DNA of 64,000 bases, from contig JASGFX010000001.1 of NCBI GenBank assembly GCA_047605325.1, forward strand, positions 59,463 to 123,462, read 5' to 3'. Position numbers and translations under genes: made by a program. The stretch is from Solirubrobacterales bacterium. GTDB lineage: Bacteria; Actinomycetota; Thermoleophilia; Solirubrobacterales; JACPNS01. Shown here in pieces: positions 23,390 to 32,489 of the stretch. The notes below the pieces were generated by a model. That model did not search any database and was not told where the DNA came from. It saw nothing but the letters and a program-made list of their open reading frames with translations. The first letter of the stretch is position 1; every line of letters begins with the position of its first letter.

Positions 23390-24199
23390 CTACTGCTCGG
23401 ACTTGTCGAACTGTGAGGCGTCCTCGCCGGCCGACTGCTGGGCGGCGATCTGTGCGACCTCGCTCCAGGGAACCGGGCGGCCGAGTTTCCAGGCCGGCGG
23501 CACGTTGCGCCCGTCGCCGAGCAACGTGATCGCCACGGCGCCGATCCAGAAGATCGCGACGAAGGCCGAGAGGCCGGACGAGAAGAAGAACAGTGCGCCG
23601 ATCGCGACGCCGACGAAGCCGACCAGCCGCGTCAGCAGTCCGACGCGCATCGCCTGCATGCTCGTCATCACCCACGCGGCGACGACGAACACACGCGCAA
23701 ACGGCTCGATCGCGACGATCACGCCGATCCAGCCGGAGTTGATCGCGTCGGTCGCGGCCTTGGCGTTCTGAATCTCCGCGCCGGCGAAGTTCTTCGCGGC
23801 CGTGACCAGCGCGACGATGAAGATCGGATAGACGATCGCGTAGAACGCGGGGCCGCCGAAGGCCAGGCCCACGAGGAACTTCGGCACCACGGACGAGCGC
23901 TGCTGAGCCGAGAGCGCGAGATGGGCGAGCAGGGTTCCGGTGAGCAGTATGCCCAGCGAGAAGGCCATGCCGGCGATGATGAACGGCGCCTTGTGCTCGT
24001 GAACGGTCTCGAGCAGGCGGGATGTGCCACTGCCCTCGCCGTTTCGCACGACCAGCGTGGTGAGCATGAAGTAGGCCGTGAACAGCGTCACGGTCAGCAC
24101 CGAGGCGAATGTGACCATCCTGCTGCGCGCGGCCTCGGCGACCAGCTCCTGGTCGCTCATCTGCAGCGCGCCGGGTTGCGTGTTTGTCGGCTCGGGCAC
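23390..24199 (-). CDS. hypothetical polytopic membrane protein
   Basis: 269 aa with several hydrophobic helices. Codon bias is consistent with coding. No recognisable catalytic motif. Confidence 0.6.
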   Translation of the reverse strand: MPEPTNTQPGALQMSDQELVAEAARSRMVTFASVLTVTLFTAYFMLTTLVVRNGEGSGTSRLLETVHEHKAPFIIAGMAFSLGILLTGTLLAHLALSAQQRSSVVPKFLVGLAFGGPAFYAIVYPIFIVALVTAAKNFAGAEIQNAKAATDAINSGWIGVIVAIEPFARVFVVAAWVMTSMQAMRVGLLTRLVGFVGVAIGALFFFSSGLSAFVAIFWIGAVAITLLGDGRNVPPAWKLGRPVPWSEVAQIAAQQSAGEDASQFDKSEQ

Positions 24200-24260
24200 G
24201 CGGCGATCCTAGAAGAAGCGGGCCGCCCGGCCTTTATGCTGGCGGAATGGGAGAGATTCA

Positions 24261-24797
24261 ATGAGCAAGTACGCAGTCGCGGTTGTCGGCCGGGATCGGC
24301 CCGGGATCGCGGCGGCCGTCGCCGATTCGCTCTACTCGGCGCACGCCAACATCGAGGATTCGAGGATGTCGATTCTCGGTGGTCATTTCGCGATGATGCT
24401 GGTCGTCTCGCTCGAGGATTCCGAGGCCGGCGCGCTCAACGATCGCCTCGCCGCCGTGCGCGCGGAGATGAAGCTCGAGCACGCTCACGCCGAACAGATC
24501 GAGGACGCCACCGGCGACGCGCGCCCGGCGCCGACCCATGTGCTGACGGTCTACGGCGCCGACCACCCCGGAATCGTCGCGGCCGTCTGCGACGCGCTTG
24601 CCGCGCGCGGCGTGAACATCGACGACCTCGCCACCCGTGTCGTCGGCACCGAGCAGGAGCCGGTCTACACCGTGATCTGCGAGCTCACGCTCCCGGCATC
24701 ACTCGAGCCCGCCGAACTCTCGGAGGACCTCGCCGGCGTCGCCGAGGCGCAGGGCGTCGAGGTCTCGCTGCGCGAGCTCGATCAGGACATCCTCTAG
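24261..24797 (+). CDS. tandem ACT-domain protein (GcvR-like)
   Basis: Two ACT-like repeats: VAVVGRDRPGIAAAVADSLYSAHANIEDS and LTVYGADHPGIVAAVCDALAARGVNIDDL. Confidence 0.7.
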   Translation: MSKYAVAVVGRDRPGIAAAVADSLYSAHANIEDSRMSILGGHFAMMLVVSLEDSEAGALNDRLAAVRAEMKLEHAHAEQIEDATGDARPAPTHVLTVYGADHPGIVAAVCDALAARGVNIDDLATRVVGTEQEPVYTVICELTLPASLEPAELSEDLAGVAEAQGVEVSLRELDQDIL

Positions 24798-24804
24798 GAC
24801 GCGC

Positions 24805-25296
24805 ATGGCCGTCCGCAAGGTTCTGCTCTATCCCGATCCGGGGCTGAAGGCTGTCTGCGCGCCCGCACCGGAGGGCGCCGAGCTCGCGCGTATCGTCGAG
24901 GACCTGACCGACACGATGCGCTCGTTTCCCGGCTGCGTCGGGATCGCTGCGCCGCAGATCGGCTACGAGGCATGCGTCTCCGTGATCGACCTGACCGGCC
25001 ACAAAAAGGCGCCCGAGAGCGTGCATGGACTGACGGTGCTGATCGACCCGGTGGTGGTCAGCGGCGAAGGCACAGAGGTCGGTCGCGAGGGCTGCCTCTC
25101 GATTCCTCAACTCACCGCGAACGTGCGGCGGTTCGTCGATGTCAAGGTCCAGACGCGCGACGAGGAGTATCTCTTCGAAGGCTTCGAGGCGCGCCTCGCC
25201 CAGCATGAGATCGATCACCTCTCAGGGCTGCTGTTCCTCGACCGCGTTGATTCACTCACCGCCGACGTCTTCCCCCGAAAGCAACGCACCAAGTAA
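24805..25296 (+). CDS. def: peptide deformylase
   Basis: All three PDF motifs are present: GIAAPQIG, EGCLSIP and HEIDHL. Confidence 0.93.
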   Translation: MAVRKVLLYPDPGLKAVCAPAPEGAELARIVEDLTDTMRSFPGCVGIAAPQIGYEACVSVIDLTGHKKAPESVHGLTVLIDPVVVSGEGTEVGREGCLSIPQLTANVRRFVDVKVQTRDEEYLFEGFEARLAQHEIDHLSGLLFLDRVDSLTADVFPRKQRTK

Positions 25297-25340
25297 GAAT
25301 CGCCTTTGCTTGCTTCGGGCATGCAAAGGGGCTTCGGGTG

Positions 25341-26144
25341 TTATTTGCCCATCGGCCAGAAACGGTCGAGCACTTCTACCGTGACCCGCGTTGGCGTGAG
25401 CTTTGCGCTCACGGCGCCCACGCGGTTGACCGCGCGCGGAACCTCGACGCGCTTGCCCTTGAACATCGCGTTGAGGCCGTCGCGGGCGCAGTCCTCGGCG
25501 GTCTGCCACGCCCAGCCGGGGCTGCCCTCCTCGATCGCCTCCTGCTTGTCACCGAAGAACTCGGTGCGCGTCGGACCCGGGCAGAGCACGGTCACCGAGA
25601 CGCCGGTGCCGCGCAGCTCCTGCGAAAGCGCCTGCGAGAGCGAGGTGACGTACGCCTTGGTGGCGGCGTAGACGGCTTGGCGCGGGATCGGCTGGAAGGA
25701 CGCCGTCGAGGCGACGTTGAGGATGGCGCCGGCGCCGGTCTCGATCATGTGCGGCAGCACGAGGCCGGTCATCGCGGTCAGCGCAGAGATGTTGACGTCG
25801 ATCTGGCGCTGATTCTCTTCGAGGCTGAAGCTCGTGAACTCGCCCTCGGTTCCGATCCCGGCGTTGTTGATCAGGATGTCGACCTGGTCGCCACGCGCGT
25901 GGATCGCATCGATCAGCTCCGCTCGCTGCGTCGCGTCGGTGACGTCACAGGCGACGGCGATCGCGCGTACGCCGTGCTTGTCCTCGATTTCGGCGGCGAG
26001 TTCCGTGAGGCGATCAATACGGCGAGCGGCCAGCGTGACGTTGTAGCCGCGCTCGGCGAGCTGGCGCGCGAACTCAGTGCCGATGCCGGCCGAGGCGCCG
26101 GTGATCAGGCAGGTGGACGTGTCGGAGGGAACCGGGATGCTCAT
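25341..26144 (-). CDS. SDR family oxidoreductase
   Basis: ITGASAGIG cofactor motif, NNAG, and catalytic YAATKAY. Confidence 0.88.
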   Translation of the reverse strand: MSIPVPSDTSTCLITGASAGIGTEFARQLAERGYNVTLAARRIDRLTELAAEIEDKHGVRAIAVACDVTDATQRAELIDAIHARGDQVDILINNAGIGTEGEFTSFSLEENQRQIDVNISALTAMTGLVLPHMIETGAGAILNVASTASFQPIPRQAVYAATKAYVTSLSQALSQELRGTGVSVTVLCPGPTRTEFFGDKQEAIEEGSPGWAWQTAEDCARDGLNAMFKGKRVEVPRAVNRVGAVSAKLTPTRVTVEVLDRFWPMGK

Positions 26145-26185
26145 CGGCGTGAATCTACAGGAGCGCCGGTAGCATCGACCCCACG

Positions 26186-26449
26186 ATGGACGAATTCAAT
26201 CTCTTTGGTGACCCCGACGAACTCCAGCGCCGCATGGCCGAGTTCGCCGAACAAATGCAGAGCGGCCAGCGCGTCGCCTGGGCTGACAACGCGATCAGCC
26301 TCGCGGTCGACATGACCGTCGCTGCGATCGAGCAGATCAGCGCGACCGGCAGCTCCGACGAACAGGCGATGCAGATCCGTGACGCGATGCGGATGATCTT
26401 CCCCGAGGCCGTGACGCTCGTGCGCGAGGCCCGCGAGGGGCTCCAGTAG
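26186..26449 (+). CDS. hypothetical small acidic protein
   Basis: 87 aa ORF with genome-typical codon bias. No recognisable motif. Confidence 0.45.
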   Translation: MDEFNLFGDPDELQRRMAEFAEQMQSGQRVAWADNAISLAVDMTVAAIEQISATGSSDEQAMQIRDAMRMIFPEAVTLVREAREGLQ

Positions 26450-26556
26450 TCGCTTGGCTGGGTTGACTGCCGTGGTGGGCGGTCGGTCTCAGGCTGTTGG
26501 CGGTTGAGTGCGGGCGGCTTCGCCGCCGGCGATGATGGTTAGGTGGCCGTCAACCT

Positions 26557-26634
26557 GGAGAGAAATCCCTCCAACTCGACGCTCCAAGCGCAGAGTTGAA
26601 GATGCGCTTGGCTTATCCAAGCGGGATTTCCTCC
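26557..26634. repeat. structured intergenic element with nested and alternative stems; contains a degenerate copy of the 61611-61651 hairpin repeat
   Basis: GGAGAGAAATCCC (26557-69) pairs with GGGATTTCCTCC (26623-34). CCAAGCGCA (26584-92) pairs with TGCGCTTGG (26602-10), and that arm can alternatively pair with CCAAGC (26616-21). Confidence 0.5.
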
Positions 26635-26700
26635 AAGGTCTATCCCCGAAGGAGAGGCCTTGGAAGGTTTGCGGCTTGAACAAGCCCCACCCCAGGCCGC

Positions 26701-27861
26701 TCAGTAGTCCCGCGGCACCTCAGGCAACTCCTCCGGATACTCGAGCGTGGACTGTGACTCCGGATCGGGGTGCTTCGACTCCCACGTGTCGTCCCCGAAG
26801 TTGTCGTGCTGGTAGGGCGTCGGTGCCGCCGGTTGCGCCTCGCCGCCGGCCTCTTCGGCAGCTTTCTCGGCCTTGCCGGCGCGCATCAGCGCGCGCCAGT
26901 CGGTCGTGCGGAACACAAACGCCAGGGCGACCAAACCGAATGCCGCATTGAACACAGCAAGCGCCAGCTGCTGCCCGACCGAATACGCGGCGATCGCAGG
27001 CCCCGCCGCCACGCCGGCCAGCGCCGAGTAGAGCAGCGCCTGCTGCACGCCGGCGCCCTGCGGCGTCAGCGGGATCAGGCTCGCCGCCACCTGCACGGCG
27101 ATCACGGTCAGAACCATGTCGACGCCGGTCGGCAGATTGAAGGCCTTGAGCATCATCCAGAGGCCGGTGAAACGGAAGACCCATGCCAGCGCCTGCGGTC
27201 CGACCGCGCCGCGGAAGTAGAGCTCGCGCGAGCGCAGCATCGTCACGCCCTGGCGCACGTTGGCCCAGAAGTCGCGCACGCGCACCGAGGCGTAGGCGAA
27301 CAGCATCAGCAGGAGGATCGGCACGAGCGTCACGAAGAACACCGCGAACTTCGGGTGCTGCGCGAAGAACGAGAGGTCGAAGGCGTTGAGCTTGGAGAGA
27401 TCCGGCAGCTTCGGGAAGACGCCCTGCGTGAAGCCGTAGATCAGGATCAGCAAGCCGACCACGAGGTCGAACGGCAGCTCGACCATGCACGAGGATCCGA
27501 CTGTGGCGTAGTTCGACCCGCGTACGGTGTGCTTGCCGAGGTAGAGCCGCACGAAGACGCCCGCGTGCGCCGGGATCACGCTGGAGATGCCGTTGCCCGC
27601 CACCTCCGCCGCCCAGATGTTGCGCCAAGGGAAGTTCTCGGCCGGGTAGGCGGCGCGCAGGCCGTTGAACCAGGCGCGCGTGCGGATCGTCAGCCACGCG
27701 CCCTGACAGGCCAGCGCGATCACCAGCGGTCCCCAGTGAATCGCCGAGATCTGGTCGAAGAACTCGCCGACCGCGTCGAAGAAGTGCGTGAACGAGCCGT
27801 CGGCGAGCGGCGGGGTGGGGGCGGAGATTGTCGCGGGGCTGAGCATCGGCTGGCCTGTCAA
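26701..27861 (-). CDS. polytopic membrane protein, lysyl-PG-synthase-TM/flippase-like family (tentative)
   Basis: About 8 TM segments. The pattern IHWGPLVIALACQGAWLTIRTRAWFNGLRAAY...GISSVIPAHAGVFVRLYL is reminiscent of UPF0104/LPG_synthase_TM proteins. C-terminal acidic, Pro-rich tail. Confidence 0.45.
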   Translation of the reverse strand: MTGQPMLSPATISAPTPPLADGSFTHFFDAVGEFFDQISAIHWGPLVIALACQGAWLTIRTRAWFNGLRAAYPAENFPWRNIWAAEVAGNGISSVIPAHAGVFVRLYLGKHTVRGSNYATVGSSCMVELPFDLVVGLLILIYGFTQGVFPKLPDLSKLNAFDLSFFAQHPKFAVFFVTLVPILLLMLFAYASVRVRDFWANVRQGVTMLRSRELYFRGAVGPQALAWVFRFTGLWMMLKAFNLPTGVDMVLTVIAVQVAASLIPLTPQGAGVQQALLYSALAGVAAGPAIAAYSVGQQLALAVFNAAFGLVALAFVFRTTDWRALMRAGKAEKAAEEAGGEAQPAAPTPYQHDNFGDDTWESKHPDPESQSTLEYPEELPEVPRDY

Positions 27862-27877
27862 ACGTTAGGATCCCGCC

Positions 27878-28654
27878 GTGGACTTCTCGGGGAAACGCGT
27901 GTTGCTGACCGGCGCCGCCGGCGGACTCGGTGAGATCACCGCGCAGGCCTTCGCCGAAGCCGGCGCGACTCTGATCCTCAGCAGCCGCAACGAGGAGAAG
28001 CTCGCCGAGATCGCCGCGGCGCTCCCGGGCGGGCCGCACGAGGTTGTCGCCGCGGACCTGATGCAGCCCGGCGCCCCCGAAGACGTGATCGCCCGCGCCG
28101 GCCGCGTCGACATCTTCATCGCCAACGCCGGTCGCCCCGGCGGCTGGGCGCTCGACGAAACACCGGCCGAGGAGATCACCCAGGTGATCCGCGTCAACTT
28201 CGAGGTCCCGATCCAGATGGTCAAGGCCGTGATCCCGCAGATGAAGGCGCGCAAATCCGGCCAGATCGTGCTGATCTCCTCGCTCGCCGGCAAGTTCGCG
28301 CTGCCCGACAGCACGATGTACTCGAGCACGAAGTCCGGCCTGCGCGCCTTCTCCTGGGCGCTGCGCCCCGAACTCGCGCGCGACAACATCACCGTCTCGG
28401 TCGTGACCCCCGGGTTCATCGGCGAAGTCGGGATGTTCGCCAAGCGCAAGCGCAAGGCGCCGCCGCTCGCGGGCATCGTCCCGCCGAAGACCTACACCAA
28501 GACCCTGCTCGCCGGGGTCGCGAAGGGCAAGGGCGAGATCCCGATCGCCAAGCCCCAATTGCGCGTGCTCTCACAGCTCGCCGTTGTTGCGCCGGGCCTG
28601 TTCGACCGGGCCTTCCGCAAGGCCGCGCCGCAGCGCAAGCCGTCCGGCGAATAG
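27878..28654 (+). CDS. SDR family oxidoreductase
   Basis: LTGAAGGLG cofactor motif and catalytic YSSTKSG. GTG start. Confidence 0.85.
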   Translation: MDFSGKRVLLTGAAGGLGEITAQAFAEAGATLILSSRNEEKLAEIAAALPGGPHEVVAADLMQPGAPEDVIARAGRVDIFIANAGRPGGWALDETPAEEITQVIRVNFEVPIQMVKAVIPQMKARKSGQIVLISSLAGKFALPDSTMYSSTKSGLRAFSWALRPELARDNITVSVVTPGFIGEVGMFAKRKRKAPPLAGIVPPKTYTKTLLAGVAKGKGEIPIAKPQLRVLSQLAVVAPGLFDRAFRKAAPQRKPSGE

Positions 28655-28679
28655 CCGTCTCGTAGACTTCCATCGCAAG

Positions 28680-30467
28680 GTGGAACACTCACAGTCAATT
28701 CTGATCGCCGGTGTTCTGCTCGCGCTGGCGATCGCGACGACACTCGTGACCCGGCGCGCACGAGTGCCGGGACTCGTGCTCTTCCTCGCGCTTGGCGTCG
28801 CGGTCGGCCCAGAAGGGCTCGACGTCGTCCACTTCGTCAGTCTCGACATGGCCCAGACCGTGGGCATCGTCGCCCTCGCGCTGATCCTCTTCGAAGGCGG
28901 TCTCGCGTCGGGCTGGAAGGAGGTCCAGCCGGTGATCGGCGTGTCGATCTCGCTGGCCACGATCGGCACTTTGCTGACGGCGGTGATCACCGGCCTGCTG
29001 ACCGCGTGGATCCTCGACTTCTCCACCCTTCAGGCGATGTTGATCGGCGGCATCGTCGCCAGCACCGACGGCGCGGCGGTCTTCGCTCTGCTGCGCGGAT
29101 CGACGCTGAAGAAGCGCCTCGCGCGAACGCTCGAGGGCGAAGCGGGCCTGAACGATCCCGTCGCGATCATCCTTGTGCTCGGCTTCATCGAGTGGATCGA
29201 GATCAAGGGCTACGGCGCCCGCGACATGATCAAGCTGTTCGTCCAGGAGATGTCGATCGGTCTCGCGGTCGGAGTCGTGATCGGCGCGCTCGCGGCGCGC
29301 GGCATCCGCGCGGTAGGCAACGTCACGACCGGTCTCTACCCGGTGGCGACGATCGCCACGGCTGCCACGGCCTTCGGACTCGCGCAGGTGCTGCACGGAT
29401 CGGGATTCATGGCCGTCTACCTCGCTGGGCTGATCCTCGGCAGCGCCCAGCTGCCGGCCCGTCGCACGATCGCGGATTTCCACGACGGTGTGGCTTGGGT
29501 CAGCCAGATCGCGGTCTTCCTCGTGCTCGGTCTGCTCTTCGCGCCGAGCTCTCTGCAATCGCTCTGGACCAAGGCTGCGTTCGTCACCTTCGCGCTGATG
29601 TTCGTCGCGCGCCCCATCGCCGTGTATGTCGCGACTTTCTTCGCCAAGTTCACCTTCAAGGAAGTCGCGTTGCTGCAGTGGGCCGGAATGCGCGGGGCGG
29701 TTCCGATCGTCCTTGCCACATTCCCGCTGCATGAACACATCTCCGACTCGAATGCGATCTACAACATCGTCTTCTTCGTCGTGCTGGCCTCGTCGATCTT
29801 CCAGGGGACGACATTCGAGTGGTTCGCGACGCGCCTCGGCCTGATGACGACAGAGCGCGCGATCGTCCCGCCGGTCATCCAGGTCGGCAACATCCGCAAG
29901 CTCGGCGCCGAGTTCTTTGAGTTCCGCATCCGCGAGGGCGACGCGATCGCCGGTCATGTCGTCTCGGAACTGCAGCTTCCGCGCGAGGCGCTCGTCTCGG
30001 TGATCGTGCGCGGCGACGAGGCCCTGCTGCCGCGCGGATCGACTCAGCTCGAGGTAGACGATCGCCTCCAGATCCTCGTGCGCGGACACCTCGTGCGCCG
30101 CGTCGAAGAGCTCTTCGAGCTCTGGCGCACCGGGCCGATCGGCGTGCAGGAGCGCAAGTACGCGACCCCGATCGCCGGCCGCGCGGCGATCTTCTCGGTC
30201 AAACCGTGGTCGGCGACGGGTGAGGGCGACCAGGGCGACCCGCGCAGCGTCGGCGGGGTCGACGTGCTGCGACGTGTGCGCACGCGTCACGACGAGGCCG
30301 GTGCTCTGTTCGTGATGGTCGACGGCCGCTTCGGTGTGACCAGCAACGGCGTCTGCGCCACCGGCAGCCCCCGCCAGATCCGCGGCTATGCGGTGCGTCG
30401 GATCGAGAACAGCACATCTCTCTCCGAGCGTGCGTGGTGGCAGGAAGTCGCCGGAGCCGTCGCTTAG
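28680..30467 (+). CDS. K+/H+ (CPA1, NhaP2-type) antiporter with C-terminal RCK_C/TrkA-C-like domain
   Basis: Polytopic N-terminus (ASTDGAAVFALLRG, EAGLNDPVAI). Cytoplasmic segment EFRIREGDAIAGHVVSELQLPREALVSVIVRGDEALLPRGSTQLEVDDRLQILV. GTG 28680 lies just after the SDR stop. Confidence 0.8.
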   Translation: MEHSQSILIAGVLLALAIATTLVTRRARVPGLVLFLALGVAVGPEGLDVVHFVSLDMAQTVGIVALALILFEGGLASGWKEVQPVIGVSISLATIGTLLTAVITGLLTAWILDFSTLQAMLIGGIVASTDGAAVFALLRGSTLKKRLARTLEGEAGLNDPVAIILVLGFIEWIEIKGYGARDMIKLFVQEMSIGLAVGVVIGALAARGIRAVGNVTTGLYPVATIATAATAFGLAQVLHGSGFMAVYLAGLILGSAQLPARRTIADFHDGVAWVSQIAVFLVLGLLFAPSSLQSLWTKAAFVTFALMFVARPIAVYVATFFAKFTFKEVALLQWAGMRGAVPIVLATFPLHEHISDSNAIYNIVFFVVLASSIFQGTTFEWFATRLGLMTTERAIVPPVIQVGNIRKLGAEFFEFRIREGDAIAGHVVSELQLPREALVSVIVRGDEALLPRGSTQLEVDDRLQILVRGHLVRRVEELFELWRTGPIGVQERKYATPIAGRAAIFSVKPWSATGEGDQGDPRSVGGVDVLRRVRTRHDEAGALFVMVDGRFGVTSNGVCATGSPRQIRGYAVRRIENSTSLSERAWWQEVAGAVA

Positions 30468-32479
30468 CGCGGCCTGATCCAGAGCTCGAACGCTCCGGGC
30501 AGCGCGCCCTTCATCCCGAGCGGCTGCGAATACAGATTCGGGACCTGCTCAAGGCCGATCGCCTTCAGCTGTGCCTGTTTGGCGGCGTCGCAATTGATGC
30601 ACGCGACCGCCTTGATCTGCCTGCCGCTCGGCTGCGGATATTTCGCCGATGGATTCGGCACGAAGGCGTAGCTCGTGCGCGCGCCGTCGTCCATCAGCGC
30701 GTTGAACGGGTAGTACCAGTCGTCGAAGCCGCCGTAGAGCACGAGGCTGTGGGTGCCGGAGGCGTTCAGCTTTTTGATCGCCGACGTGTACGGCGCGCGC
30801 AGGCCCGGGCGCGCGTTGAAGTACTCGGCGTCGCGTGAGCTGGTGAGGATCGAGCGATGCCCGTCATAGCCGATCAGCGGCCGGTCGACGTTGAGCAGCA
30901 GGTACACCGGCGCGACGAGCGTTGCGATCGAGATCACCGCTCCGGTCGTCCAGCGACGGATACGTTCGGCCGACGGGATTTCGCGCAGGGCCACGGCCAC
31001 GAGCGGCGCTGCCGCGATCACGACCGGAAGGTGCAACCGAGAGTGGAATGTCTGCCACTTGATCAGCAGCGCGAAGAGCAATATCTGCGCGATGATCGCG
31101 AGCGCCCAGACGAGGCGCAGGCGTGTGCGAAAACGCCGCAGCGCCAACGCGCTGATGATCGCCCAGATCATCAGCAGGAACATCAGCAGGCTCGGCGCGT
31201 GCGATTCGTCGGGTCCGGAGAGTCCGATGCTGAACAGCTGCCCGGGGAACGTCGTCGCGCCGTCGTCGGGGTTTATTCCGAGTCTGGTCAGGCCGTCGCG
31301 CAGCCAGCCGCTCGGGCGCGCGTTGACGCTCTCGCTGGGTGTGCCGAGATAGATCCCGGCGTTGCGCACGAGGTTTGAGACGACCGCGCCAGGTGAGTGT
31401 GAGTCGTTGGAGTAGTCGTAGAAGCCGCTGCCGCTGAAGACGAACTTGCCGTAGGTCTGGTGGTTGCGCTCCCACTGGCCGCCATTGAGCACGACAACGA
31501 TTGCGAGTCCGGCCGCGGCCAGCACGAGCAGGCGCGGCCATCCGACGCGCCGGACGATCGCCCACGCCAGCAGCAACAGGATCGGCGGAAGGTAGATCCA
31601 TGCAGTGCCCTTGGTCAGGATCGCTAGGCCGACCGCAAGCGCCGCCACGAGCGTGCGTGCGATCGGCAGACGGTCGTCGTTGAAGATCGTCAGTGCGAGG
31701 CAGCCGGCCGTCAGCAGCCACAGCGCGACGACGAGATCGTTCTGGGTCGACGATCCCTGGACGATCGCGGTCGGGAGCGTGGCGACGAGGAACGCGGCGA
31801 GCAGTTGTCCGCGACGATCGCCGCCGAGCCGCTTGGCGATCAGCGAAGCTGCCGCGATCACCAGTCCGTATGAGACCAGCTGTACGCACGCCGCGAGGTG
31901 ATCACCGCCGGTGATCGCCTGGAGCTGGGCGAGGATCATCTCGGCGCCGGGCGGCTGGAAGAGTTGGGGCTCGGCCTGCGTGGCGTAGTGGGCGACGCCG
32001 CCGAGCTGCAGCCACGCGGCGACCCGGGCCAGGTGGTAGACCATCGAGTCCCAGGTCGTCGGCGCGCAGGCCAGCGCCACGAGCGCGACCAGCGCAAGAC
32101 ACACCCCGATCGCGATCGCCAGGAATCGATCGAGTCCGGTCAGCGCCCGCGCACCTGTGATCACGCGATCCCAGAGCGGGGCGAGCACCGCGCGTCGCGT
32201 CACGATCACGTGGAGACCGGCGATCGCCGGGATCAGCCACACCGCCACGAGCCACCCGCGCGTCAGATGTCCCGACGCCGGTGCGTTCAGGTCGTGCCCC
32301 GCGCCGAGCGAGAGCAGTTCGGCCCCGAGCGAGACGAACGCCGCCCAGCCGGCCACCGTCCAGAGCGCGGCCTCACGCAGCCCGAGGCGCACCCGACCGT
32401 GGGGGTCAGCAAGCAGCAGCCAACCCCCGATCGCCGGGAGTGCCAGCAGCGCCGGCGCGATCACCAGCCAGAGGTTCAT
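30464..32479 (-). CDS. GT-C fold (ArnT/PMT-like, family 39-type) membrane glycosyltransferase (tentative)
   Basis: 671 aa with more than 10 TM helices and a C-terminal soluble domain. ATG 32479 avoids overlap with the upstream gene. Confidence 0.5.
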   Translation of the reverse strand: MNLWLVIAPALLALPAIGGWLLLADPHGRVRLGLREAALWTVAGWAAFVSLGAELLSLGAGHDLNAPASGHLTRGWLVAVWLIPAIAGLHVIVTRRAVLAPLWDRVITGARALTGLDRFLAIAIGVCLALVALVALACAPTTWDSMVYHLARVAAWLQLGGVAHYATQAEPQLFQPPGAEMILAQLQAITGGDHLAACVQLVSYGLVIAAASLIAKRLGGDRRGQLLAAFLVATLPTAIVQGSSTQNDLVVALWLLTAGCLALTIFNDDRLPIARTLVAALAVGLAILTKGTAWIYLPPILLLLAWAIVRRVGWPRLLVLAAAGLAIVVVLNGGQWERNHQTYGKFVFSGSGFYDYSNDSHSPGAVVSNLVRNAGIYLGTPSESVNARPSGWLRDGLTRLGINPDDGATTFPGQLFSIGLSGPDESHAPSLLMFLLMIWAIISALALRRFRTRLRLVWALAIIAQILLFALLIKWQTFHSRLHLPVVIAAAPLVAVALREIPSAERIRRWTTGAVISIATLVAPVYLLLNVDRPLIGYDGHRSILTSSRDAEYFNARPGLRAPYTSAIKKLNASGTHSLVLYGGFDDWYYPFNALMDDGARTSYAFVPNPSAKYPQPSGRQIKAVACINCDAAKQAQLKAIGLEQVPNLYSQPLGMKGALPGAFELWIRPR

Positions 32480-32489
32480 GCGCGCGCTG

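Noticed and set aside
26720-28558. 612-aa minus-strand ORF spanning the membrane-protein gene and the SDR gene.
   Set aside because: It runs out of frame through one real minus-strand gene and antisense to a real plus-strand SDR. It has extreme Arg/Gly/Ala content and no motifs.
28695-30290. 531-aa minus-strand ORF opposite the K+/H+ antiporter, with similar antisense ORFs opposite acs (21472..23088), MMPL (59711..60949) and pntB (61999..62988).
   Set aside because: Same GC-driven artefact. The opposite strand encodes proteins with clear family signatures.
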